A DNA stretch of 64,000 nt, taken from assembly GCA_002811645.1 (NCBI GenBank), contig PDIP01000021.1:62001-126000 (forward strand). Direction: 5' to 3'. The first letter of the stretch is position 1. Each line of letters begins with the position of its first letter. Shown here piece after piece: positions 44,273-54,225 of this stretch. The position numbers and the translations under genes were made by a program. The notes under the pieces are model-generated. The model was given only the letters and a program-made list of their open reading frames with translations, was not told the DNA's origin and did no database searches. This stretch comes from Corallochytrium limacisporum Hawaii (lineage: Eukaryota > Protista > Pluriformea).

Positions 44273-45484
44273 TTACATGTTGCCATCACTGACATACGAG
44301 GACAAGGATCCCCACTGCACCCCATCACAGCCTACGCTTGTAACCATGAAGGTGTCGTCCTTAATGGCAGATCCCATCTTCTGCAATTCTGATTCATCGC
44401 CTGCAACCAAGAGACAACCCCCGCCGCCAGCTCCAGTGATCTTCACAACCAAGTCTAGCTTTTCCTGCCACTCGGACACGAATTCGCGAATTTCCGGTAG
44501 ACTCAGGTTCCAGCCCTCCAGTAGCACCTGGTTTTCAATAATGAGCTCTTTCCATTTCTTCATGAATTCAGCCCGCTGCTGATCATTGTGCTTGCCATTG
44601 GCAATCGCCATAAAACGCTGAACAATGTTTGAGAACGCTTCCATATCCTTCGTGAATTCTTCCGGTTTCTGCTTCTTTATCTCTCCCACCCCAGCGACTA
44701 ATTTCTTTGTGCTGCGCGGAATGCGGGTATTGTAAATGCCAATGGGTACATTAATGTCGGTGTCCACAGGATGACTCTCCCGAGAACCGTCTGGCATGTT
44801 TTGGAAGGTTCTTAGGCCGCCGTACGTAACCACCGTGTTGTCAATACCCGATGGATTCCCGTGAATGATCTTTTCCAGCTGAAAGGCCCATGCATTGACT
44901 AGGGCAAGGTCCTCTGCTACAGGGGGTTGAGAGGGTGACTCAGGTATCTGACTGCCCGCGCACAGCAGCGCGGCCACCAGGGCCACAGAGAAACTGGCGC
45001 TTGACCCGAGCCCGGCCCCTACCGGAAGGTCGGACAAAATTTCTACATCCACCTTCAGCACAGGATCCGAACCAGACACGTGCAAAAGTGCGTATAAGAA
45101 GGATTTGGCAGCAACCATATGTGCCTCGGCGGGGTCAGCCAGCGGATTACCTTTCAGATCTTCCGCACGGACTACGAGAGAACGTAACCTTGAGTCAAGC
45201 TCTTCCACCAGTTTCAGATTATACTCTTCTGCTGGTTGTTCTGCAGTGTTAAACTGCGATTGCAGCCCTGTGACACCCTCATAGTCAAAGTTGAACTTGA
45301 TTGACTCCACGGCATCCACAATAGTCAAAGTAATGCCAAACGGTTCACCATGACGCTTCACTGTAACTTTAGTACGCAGATCAATAGCTCCGGCCACTGC
45401 CAAACATCCGTGTACAACGGCATGCTCTCCGTGCAGGATCACCTTTCCTGGAGCAGTAGCCCGGCACTCCTTTACTTCCGTCAT
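44273..45484 (-). CDS. MVK: Mevalonate kinase
   Basis: APGKVILHGEHAVVHG, LPVGAGLGSSA, EKIIHGNPSGIDN, KITGAGGGGC. Confidence 0.96.
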   Translation of the reverse strand: MTEVKECRATAPGKVILHGEHAVVHGCLAVAGAIDLRTKVTVKRHGEPFGITLTIVDAVESIKFNFDYEGVTGLQSQFNTAEQPAEEYNLKLVEELDSRLRSLVVRAEDLKGNPLADPAEAHMVAAKSFLYALLHVSGSDPVLKVDVEILSDLPVGAGLGSSASFSVALVAALLCAGSQIPESPSQPPVAEDLALVNAWAFQLEKIIHGNPSGIDNTVVTYGGLRTFQNMPDGSRESHPVDTDINVPIGIYNTRIPRSTKKLVAGVGEIKKQKPEEFTKDMEAFSNIVQRFMAIANGKHNDQQRAEFMKKWKELIIENQVLLEGWNLSLPEIREFVSEWQEKLDLVVKITGAGGGGCLLVAGDESELQKMGSAIKDDTFMVTSVGCDGVQWGSLSSYVSDGNM

Positions 45485-46982
45485 ACTTCTCAAAACACCA
45501 CTTCTTTTGCCTAGTTCCCACTGTACTAGTATGAGAGAGCAGTTTTCCGCGGCGAATTGACCATCGATCTTTAAATACCCACAGCGACCATTTCAATATG
45601 GTGTCAGTTCTGGAGAAAATTATCCTTTTATCAGACTAACGCAAAGGGAAAGATAGGAACATGCGTCAAATGGTAAAGTTGGCTCTTGGTACCGTTGCAC
45701 AATGTACCCGCCAGACAAGTCGCCAGAAAACCCCCTTGTGTGACACACCCTCTACTGAACCCAGGTGCCGCACACGCACGTAAGCACTCAAGGAAAAAGG
45801 CCACCAATCTGATCCGCTGGCCCTCGTTCGAGGCGCCGACCCAGCCACCGTCCGCCAAAAACTGCTCTACTTTTGGCAGGAAAAATTCTGGTATTTCCAT
45901 ACTAAGCCCTACCCTCTGGTACCGACGAATAAGAGGGCCGTTCGGTGTCACTGAATAGTAACTGAATAACCTAACTGTTACAACTAATTCAAAAAATGAT
46001 ATTGACGCCATGGAACCCGCCGGGCCGAGGCGGAAAGTCAGAGACGCGAGATGGCAACAGCGGCTGCGCTCTTGTACAGGGCCACGGGGAAGACTTTTGG
46101 CTCAAAAAAAAAAAAAATTCAGCGGTTTTTTAGGGCGAAGGCCAGAATCGGGGCGAGTTATGAGTTGAAACGGAAGGCATCAGGAGATATAGCGAGTGTA
46201 TGACTTGGGGTGCTCACCGACGGGAGCATCAGGGCCTGGGTTTGCCGTTTTCGTCACCTTGGGAGGCCCGGTGGAGATAAACCGAAAAACGCAAAAAAAA
46301 AGAAAAAAAGAAAGAAAATTTTTGAACACTCGCAAGTATAAACCCGCGACGGTCGGTCTCGAAGAGTTTGAGAAAGCGCAAGTGGGAGATGGCGAATACA
46401 CTTGGAAAAGAGAGAGTGAGCGAGAGGAGACCTGGAGCAGAGAGTTTTGCCCACTGTCCCTCTTGTTTCGATCCGTCAGCCGTCAGTGGCACTACCTCCC
46501 CTATCACTGGAGGTTTGTTGGCGTGTCTGCAAACTCCCCCCCCCCCCCTTCTCCGGCCTGGGGTCGGGTTCATCACGCGTCTTTGCGGTGCTGTGCTTGG
46601 GAGCTGTCGGGACCCGAGGAGAAAGATTTTCTTTCTGGGCCTTCGTCCCGACTAGGGCCCTTCCCAGGGCTTTTGCACGGGCGAACCCCCGTTTCGAGCG
46701 GAGGGGGTTCCCCATTCTTGCCAGCCGGGGTTGAAATCCGATGGACGTAGCCCGTTGGGGTGCGAGGTACCCCAGCATTTAGCGGCTACTTAGTCAATTT
46801 CGTTCCGTCGTATGTACAGGATATTTATAGGATTGGATTGTCTGTATGATCTTTAATGTGAAGCAGATCATTAACGAGTTCTTGGATTGCAGCACATAGG
46901 TGTACGATTAGGCAGGTGCAGTTGTAAACTAGAAAGGCGGAGGAAACGAGACTCGCCTATTGATACCTCGGATCATAGTCAA

Positions 46983-48323
46983 ATGTCGGAATTTGGAGAT
47001 GGTAAGAGCCTCCTGAGGGAGCAGGCGGAAGGACAAACCAAAGAGAACAAGACACAGGCCAATGAGCAGGATGTACTGACCAACTGCTTGTGTGGAATTT
47101 GCCAGGATACAGTGAAAGCTAATGTGTGCTGCCCTGAATGCGCAGCCGCATTTTGCTACCCTCACCTACAGAAATGGTGGAGCGAGAACAGCAAAGCGTG
47201 TCCTGCATGTCGTGCTGTTGTACCTGCCATTGGTGAGTTTCGACACAACGCTGGGCTACAGAAGAAGATCAATCTTACTCCCAAGCAGTGCGAGAACGGT
47301 TGCGGTGTCGATATTCCCTTCGGTGAAATGGATAGCCACTGCCGCGAACACTGTCGTTTAAGGAAAGTAAAATGTCCGTTTGACAATTGCAGTTGGGTTG
47401 GTGCGCAGAGGGAGCTAGATGTGCACGTTTATGGGTGCCCCCACCGGACCCAGTATCGGGATCTTGGCAGATGTTCTGATAGCGTTTTTGCCACGGGGGA
47501 TGTCATTGAAGGAAATGAGTCCCTGCAGGATGCGGATGGTAACCTAAGGCATTTCATTAAGGAATATGAAACTTTAGCCGGCATTGCTATTCGCTACAGT
47601 GCGAACCTCGATGAACTGCGGAAGCTGAATCGCTTGCCCAATGATAATATTTCCTTTCTCAGTGTGATCAAGATTCCCTATAGCGAAGAACGGTTGCGTA
47701 AGTGCCGCGAAGCAATTCCGAATCCGGAGATTTTAGCCGCTCTGCGGCGCCGCAAGGCCATCCGTGACTTCTTGAAGCGTGCTGATGGAGCCGAAGTCCA
47801 TGAAGCGGTGGCCTACCTGAACCTCAAGCGCTTCGATATGGAAGCTGCTCTAGAAAAATACTCACGGGACCTGAGGTGGAGTCGCGACAACGAAATGCCA
47901 TCTCATTTTGCCCAGTTTGCGCAGCGTCTGCATGTCCGGCCTGAGAAGCGTAAACAGACCCGCAAGTCCCATAAGGACAGCAGCAAGGGTGACGGTAACG
48001 ACAGCGACGATAGTGAGGACGCGTGGGACTACTGGGATGGTAGTGACTATGCCAATGCGGGCCCATCGGGCACAAAGGCACGGTACTCCAACTGCCACAA
48101 GTGCATTGTTCGGGACCTTAACTTTGACTCTGGACGGGACCATTGCCGCAACTGTGGACATATATTCTGTTCCAAATGCCTCGGCGAGTTTGTGAACAAA
48201 CAAGTGCCTCGATCAAGCCTTGGTGCCACCACCGAGACAGCACACAAGGAATATGTTCGAGTGTGCGATGACTGCTACGCAAGTACAAATTTGGCCCAAA
48301 CCAGCAAGGCCAACGGCGCATGA
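46983..48323 (+). CDS. RING + TRAF-type zinc fingers + LysM + UBA-like + atypical FYVE protein
   Basis: CGICQD...CPEC..AFCYPHL..W...CPACR; CENGC...HCREHC, CPFDNCSW...HVYGCP; HFIKEYETLAGIAIRYS..LDELRKLNRL; EAVAYLNLKRFDMEAALEKY; CHKC..GRDHCRNCGHIFCSKC..RVCDDCY. Confidence 0.8.
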   Translation: MSEFGDGKSLLREQAEGQTKENKTQANEQDVLTNCLCGICQDTVKANVCCPECAAAFCYPHLQKWWSENSKACPACRAVVPAIGEFRHNAGLQKKINLTPKQCENGCGVDIPFGEMDSHCREHCRLRKVKCPFDNCSWVGAQRELDVHVYGCPHRTQYRDLGRCSDSVFATGDVIEGNESLQDADGNLRHFIKEYETLAGIAIRYSANLDELRKLNRLPNDNISFLSVIKIPYSEERLRKCREAIPNPEILAALRRRKAIRDFLKRADGAEVHEAVAYLNLKRFDMEAALEKYSRDLRWSRDNEMPSHFAQFAQRLHVRPEKRKQTRKSHKDSSKGDGNDSDDSEDAWDYWDGSDYANAGPSGTKARYSNCHKCIVRDLNFDSGRDHCRNCGHIFCSKCLGEFVNKQVPRSSLGATTETAHKEYVRVCDDCYASTNLAQTSKANGA

Positions 48324-48431
48324 CCCAAATTCCAATCATCGCTCGCTTTATATCCATGACCTCTCCATGCTAAGCTGACCTCATGTTGCAGGCACATAGC
48401 AGCTTCTGTGTCAAATTTTGTCTTTAATGAT

Positions 48432-51086
48432 TTATTTGGACTTCCTGCCTTTACTATCCGGGTAGATTACTTGCTGGGAGCCGTCGGCCATGATTCGTTG
48501 CATGATGCCGTCTGGAAAAACGCATTCCTCAGAAATCTGTTATTGAAGCAAGATTCACAAGAAACATATCACCATGGAGAGTACAACAAGGACGAGAGAG
48601 CAAAGTTTCAGAATCACATTTCCAAGGCATATCATGATCCATCCATTTTCCCCTCCGCGTTCCAAGCTTCCCCCCGTTGTTGACCGCCCTTGTACAAAGA
48701 CATTGAATGTTAGTAAACTGATCCATAATCCATCATACACAACTCAATAACCTTAAGAATTGATGACAATACTTACCTCAGATCCTTCCGGGTAGGTGAA
48801 CTTAATCGTGCTGTCCGGGAACATGATCTCCTTTGTACCGTTGGGATAATGCTTCTCCACTTGGTTGTTGGCAAAGTGAAGCACTACTAAGCCGTCGGGG
48901 TGCGTTGTGTGGGTGGCTTCCGTTTCGGAAAAGTAGTAGACCTGCATACCGTCTGGCATGGTTTGCTTTATGTCTCCGTTGAAATAGTAGACGGTGACAT
49001 TGCCCTTAGGATCGGTCTCCTTCTTGGTGCCATTGGCATACATTACTATGCGAGTGCCATCTTCACACACCTCCTCCTGCATATCTGGAACGGGTCCAGT
49101 GACTTCAGCCGCACTCACATGTGGCTGTGGTGCCACAGTTGCACTACTGGCCATTAGAGGCTCTGCTGGTTGCTGGACGGTAGCAGATGCGGCGGCCTTG
49201 TTGCCTGTGCGGTAGTGCTTTTCAACAACGGTCCGGCCGTTATGACTGGTCTCAGGGAGCCAATGTTCTTCAGTGGCGACCACAGGCGCATGCACCGGTT
49301 TTGCCACGGATTTCTCAATTGTTTGTGCCTTCAGCTGCTGCTCAGTTTCAGACAGACGACGCTTGAGAGTGTCACTCTCGGCTTCACTGCGTTCCAGTGC
49401 ACGTTTGTACTCAGTCAACTCATCACGCAATTGAGAGATCTCATCCCGGTAGCGTTGCATGGCAAGGTTGCGTTTCGTGTCCTTAGTAGCAAAATCCTCA
49501 CGCATACGATGCATATCGGACTTCATTTTTTCAATGGCTTCACGCTCGCTCTTTGGAGGGATAGCCATCTTGGCGCGCTCCATGCGCTCCCACTTCTTAA
49601 GTTCACGACGGACACGCGCCACTTCAGCCTCCCGCCACTCCTCGACCTCGCGGATCTCCTTCTCGCGGGCGTGCTCGAAGACCTCCATCTCACGACGAAT
49701 AGCACGGAGCTCAGCATCGTGTTCACGGCGCATCTGCGATAGTTGGGCGTTCTCGCGCTTAAACTTGTCAATCTCACGGTCAAGCTCTGCAATCTTGGAC
49801 TGTACGAGCCCTGGGGAGGGTGGTACAGGAGCTTTGCTTGAATCCAATTCCATTGCTTGAGGGAGGCCCTGCTGTTGGATGGTAACAGGAGCTGACCCAT
49901 TCATCTGGTCGCCCTCGTTACTTTCATTGTGTACGGTGCTTACATCTGAGTAATTGTGCATGTCTGGGCTCAGGTTGAAGTTGACCCGCTTAGCCGGCTG
50001 TACATAGCGACTGCTCTGGTAGTCCAAGCTGATGGCGCTGGTGTTCGGTGATGATGATAACTGTTGACGCTTATTTTCATTTGCGGGGGCGTCTTCAAAC
50101 TGGAACTCCTGCTCCTGATTGGCGTCCAGCTCACTACTGCCAGACACATCCAGTACATTGCGCAGCCGGTCCATTGCCGACGCAGGAGGGTCGATGCTTC
50201 CTGACACCGCAGTCATTTGCTCCAGTTTCATGAATTCGTCCAACTCTTGCGCCTTAGACTCGCGATCCCGGTCATTTTCAATCATAATACTCAAGTCAAC
50301 AGCATTGGAATCGTCCATTCCGGGATCCTTCGCATCCTGATGCTGCTGCTGTTCTTGCATGCGAGCAGCGGCACTAGGTGCCATGCGGATCTCAATCGCC
50401 GGCTGTGCCATAGAATCAGCAGGTTTGTGTGGGGCAACTTTCCTATGTGTCATGGGGGTTCTGGCTGGCGGCGATTTTGCAGTTGCCAAGAGCGGTTTAG
50501 TTTGCTTAGCTACCGGAGATGGTGTGGCTGGGTCGTTCAGGCTGGCCTTGAACTTTGGTGCGCCGAGCCTGCCATACCGAGCCATGTTTCCCGAGCCCTT
50601 ACGCAGAAATGGGCGCTTGCGATCACTTGGTGTGGTGGGCTCGGCAGGCTGTTCTACCTCCTTAAGAACATCCTCAACGTACTCCTCAAAACTGCGGTTA
50701 TTCACCCCATGCACTGGGCGAGTGTCAACTTCAAAAACCGATTCTAAACTCTCAAAGACCTCCTGCGCACCGGGAACGGGCAAATCATTTTCGGGGAGGG
50801 GAACAACTTCAACCTCCGCCGACATTTGATTTGGTTGTTCATAGTCAATTTCATCGGTCCGCTTATGCTCTGGGACGATCTGTTCATCGTAGTGGTCATC
50901 GTTGAATCCAGCAATGGAAATGCTGACCGCGACTTCTTCATTGTCACTGTTCTCCAGGTTCATTTCCTGTTGCTGCTGCCGGGCCTTTTCATAGAATGGT
51001 TTCCAAGTGGTCAATGCGTCATGATAGTCCTCAAATTCTTGCACGTTTGTGCGGTCGCTGAGAGGAACCCGATCTTCCATACTCAT
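48432..51086 (-). CDS. CENPJ: Centriolar protein SAS-4/CENPJ, two exons (51086-48777 and 48536 or 48527-48432)
   Basis: KRPFLRKGSG, ELDEFMKLE, coiled coil, TCP/G-box repeats; hidden exon 2 ECVFPDGIMQRIMADGSQQVIYPDS continues the G-box repeats. Confidence 0.88.
48537..48776 (-). other. Spliceosomal intron in SAS-4 (240 nt; 249 nt if the GAG acceptor is used)
   Basis: GAG|GTAAGTA donor at 48776, TACTAAC at 48715-48709, first downstream YAG is CAG at 48539-48537; phase 0, in frame. Confidence 0.82.
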
Positions 51087-51101
51087 GTTTGTCTGAACTT
51101 C

Positions 51102-51412
51102 TTTTCGCGCTTCTTCACATTCTTCGCTACTTTCAGTCCGATCAATCCGTCCATATCCGACAATGTGGGTTAGTACTGTTTATTCCAAGGCTTGCATCAA
51201 TTTTCGGGGTATGCAGTGTTTAAATAGCTTTGTAACGACTGCAAATGATAAGAAATTTGGACCAAAAGGCATTGATTCCGTCGCTCGGGTGGGACTCTCC
51301 CAGAGCAGGGATTCCAAACCGTGCGCGCCAAAACTGTCCCCTGGGTTTTATGGACCCCCCTCCCTCACCTGACTTCCACATTCCCGCCTACCCTAGCACC
51401 CTGCTTTCGCGC
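51102..51412. promoter_or_regulatory. Cluster of E2F-like sites upstream of SAS-4
   Basis: TTTTCGCGC 51102, GCGCGCCAAAA 51323, TTCCCGCC 51381, TTTCGCGC 51405. Confidence 0.5.
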
Positions 51413-51675
51413 CCGAAATTTTGTTTTTGCGGAAGGAGGGGTACTCAATATTGTCGGTACTGAATGTACCCCATTTTGGACGAGATGTCCAATAGTGGTG
51501 CCGTCAGTGGTTATGGGGGAATTGCCAGTTAGGGCAAGGTCTTGAATTTTTTGTGATGCGACCGGGAATCCCGGGCCCACAGGGTCAACAATTCGCTGTG
51601 AGTGCATATTGCATTCCAGGAAGAAGCCATAATGCTCATTAGTTTTCTTTATTGTTCTGTCTGTCTCGTTTCTAT

Positions 51676-53346
51676 CTACGCACCTTCAAGCTTGACAACG
51701 CGGTCGGACAGATTTCCCTCCCGTGCCTGCGCTCGAAGATCTCGCAAGGTGAAACCGGACTTCTCGATACGCTCCAGATCTTGAAATTCCTTAGGCGCCG
51801 GTTTCTTGCGCAGAGTGTGGTAGTAGCTGGCGTCGTTGTCAAGCCGCCGACGAACGTCAGGGTCTTGCATACCATAGCGATCCTTGCTCTGGCCGTAGGC
51901 GGCGTAGTCATCGTTAAGAAGCTCCATACTACCCATGGAAGCGAGATTCTTGCCCGCCAACTCCTTGAATTTCTGACTAACTGTTTGATGGTAGTCTTTC
52001 ATCTGGGCGATATCCACCTTAGTTTCCTCCAGGCTCTTTACAGCCGCTGTTAGCTGTTGTTGCAGCCACTGGTCACGGTCTTCGACTTGTTGCAGCAACT
52101 CCTGAAGGCCATTAAAAGCCTCTCCAGTTGTCCGCTGTTCTCGCTTCACGTCCAAAATCTCCAAGTTCAAGTCCTTACGCCACAGATCATATTCTTCGAT
52201 TCTTGAACGACGATGCTCATTGCCATTCTTCATGATTAGATTCCTCTGTTGACAATAGTCCAGCTCCTGCTGCAGAACCGCCTCCTGCTTCGCAAGGGAC
52301 GCGACCTGTTGCTGCATTGCTCGAAGCATGTCTTCGCTCTGGTTACGGAGCGCTATCTCCCACTGCATGCGTTGTAAGTATGCTTCCCGCTTCTGCAAGT
52401 TCTTCTTGTACAAAGTCTTCATTTGTGACAGGACTAGATCGTCCGGTTGCCGAGACTCCGTCCAAAGATGGTAGTGTTTGACAGCCTGAGACCAAAGCAC
52501 ACCTGTCAAGGTCTCTTCATCTGCAATCAGCTTCACTTCCTTGTTGTTCCTGTCATTGAACTTCAATGCAAATTCTGTCTTGCCGTAACTCATTGACTTA
52601 ATCTCACCCCACAAGTAGCTGACAAGAGGTTTCAAACGATTATCCTTGTCAAAAAGATACAGGCCATTGATGTCCAGCGCAATGTCATAGGCGGATTTCT
52701 TCTTAGTTTTAACCGGAAAGAAAAATGTTCCGAAGTTTACACACTTAACAGAACAATGATGTAAGAACTCCTTCTTTGCTTCTGTTTCATTCAGACCCTT
52801 CAGATCAGAGTACCAGCTGACTATCCGCTCTTCCCATTGATCATCGGACAATGCAATCTCGTTCAAGACATATTCAGGAATGTAGTCCTTAACCGCAATA
52901 AACCCGCTTTTATCGCGCTTTGTGTTGTATGCTCCCTGTCTAATATGAAGCATATGTGCAGCAAGATAAATAGAATCCTCTGGGCGCACACGTAATGTTC
53001 CATCCATCACATCGCGACTCACGAGTTCAAAAAACAGATTCAAAGTCTCCGGCAGGACGAGCCGATCTATGGTATCTGGATAGCAGGCAATACAGATTTC
53101 CACTGTAATGCCACGGTCCTTCTCTAAAAATTTCTGCATCTTTTTCTTGACAGGGACGTACACCCGATGACCTGTCGGTGTAATGCGGTTTACCCCAAAG
53201 TACCAAGTTTCTCGGAGGCCAAGAGCACGACAGACATACTGCAAGAGTGCGTCTGCTGTTAGCTCGGGGTACACGCGGACAGCAAACTTGACGTCGGGGG
53301 TCCACAGGTCAATAATCCCTGGAGGAACCTCTGGTGCCACAGACAT
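51676..53346 (-). CDS. ERM/merlin-family FERM protein
   Basis: LGLRETWYFG, FERM F2/F3 (WEERIVSWY, FGTFFFPVKTKK, WGEIKSMSY), coiled coil, C-terminal TLRDLRAQAREGNLSDRV resembling the ERM tail. Confidence 0.88.
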   Translation of the reverse strand: MSVAPEVPPGIIDLWTPDVKFAVRVYPELTADALLQYVCRALGLRETWYFGVNRITPTGHRVYVPVKKKMQKFLEKDRGITVEICIACYPDTIDRLVLPETLNLFFELVSRDVMDGTLRVRPEDSIYLAAHMLHIRQGAYNTKRDKSGFIAVKDYIPEYVLNEIALSDDQWEERIVSWYSDLKGLNETEAKKEFLHHCSVKCVNFGTFFFPVKTKKKSAYDIALDINGLYLFDKDNRLKPLVSYLWGEIKSMSYGKTEFALKFNDRNNKEVKLIADEETLTGVLWSQAVKHYHLWTESRQPDDLVLSQMKTLYKKNLQKREAYLQRMQWEIALRNQSEDMLRAMQQQVASLAKQEAVLQQELDYCQQRNLIMKNGNEHRRSRIEEYDLWRKDLNLEILDVKREQRTTGEAFNGLQELLQQVEDRDQWLQQQLTAAVKSLEETKVDIAQMKDYHQTVSQKFKELAGKNLASMGSMELLNDDYAAYGQSKDRYGMQDPDVRRRLDNDASYYHTLRKKPAPKEFQDLERIEKSGFTLRDLRAQAREGNLSDRVVKLEGA

Positions 53347-54016
53347 TGTTCCTGAAGTCTACAACTTTCTCTCTTTCAAAGCAATCGCAATCTGCTCTCA
53401 CGACATATTGGTTCGCTGAAACTTACTGCCCCGAACTGTACCTCAATATCCTTCTCGGCTTCAAGTAAGCAAGTGCATCTGCAGGTATTTGATATCGTTC
53501 AAATCATCACCATACTAGACCAAATACCATCCATATGATCCCACATTCCGCTGCTGACTTTGCGCTCTGTTGTTGTTTTGCTTTAGCAGGACCAAAAGGT
53601 AGCAACCCCAACACCCCCGTTTCCTTTGCCTCGGGACCGACTCGATTCCTTCCTGGTTGTCGAAACAACCAGATTGAAAATAGGCCCCTATTCTCATTCT
53701 GCCCTTTTGCGGATTGGGCGATGGCGGTTGGGAGGGGTGGGACAGTGGCAAGTGGGGGCCTCTTTCCCGCAGTCAGCACATGGGGCACTCGGCCCGCCCG
53801 GTGTATACGTAATGGTACGGTAGAGTGCTGGAGCACAGCTCCTTCGTAGAGCCTCTTGATGAGCTGTCCGCTTTGGTTTTGTGGTCTGAACTTCAAGGGT
53901 AGTGGTCGGTCTCCTGGTAATTTAGAATCTGCAATGGTGTACTAGTAGAGGCACATGAGCGGTTTCGCAGCATATAGCGGAAGAGTCTGGACAAAAGTCA
54001 CCATTGAAAACTCATC

Positions 54017-54160
54017 ATGTTCGCAGTACAACCTAGTGAAGAAGATAAGCGCGCTGCTCGCAAGGCAGTGTACAGTAACCTCGGTATTTTCGCAGTCGCC
54101 TGCGTTGCTTACCGCGTCCTGCCTGAAATCATCAACGTAGCTTCCAAACTTATCAAGTAA
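54017..54160 (+). CDS. TOM5: TOM5-like mitochondrial import receptor subunit (47 aa)
   Basis: MFAVQPSEEDKRAARKAVYSNLGIFAVACVAYRVLPEIINVASKLIK: MF start, SEExKR acidic patch, single TM with the conserved R-V-x-P; below the ORF-track cutoff. Confidence 0.78.
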   Translation: MFAVQPSEEDKRAARKAVYSNLGIFAVACVAYRVLPEIINVASKLIK

Positions 54161-54225
54161 ATGGGATAATGGAATCGGGTGATAAGGAATCATTGGGAAA
54201 TCCTGTGATATACGAAGAATAGTAT

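Noticed and set aside
48769-48779. ATACTTACCT, the U1 snRNA 5' end
   Set aside because: It is the reverse complement of the SAS-4 splice donor; no U1 body follows
51545-51590. Sm-site-like AATTTTTTG followed by a stem (snRNA or SL RNA?)
   Set aside because: No U1/U2/U4/U5 conserved motif or convincing leader donor upstream
53446-53482. Weak resemblance to the U2 snRNA 5' end
   Set aside because: Lacks the GTAGTA branch-recognition sequence and the Sm site
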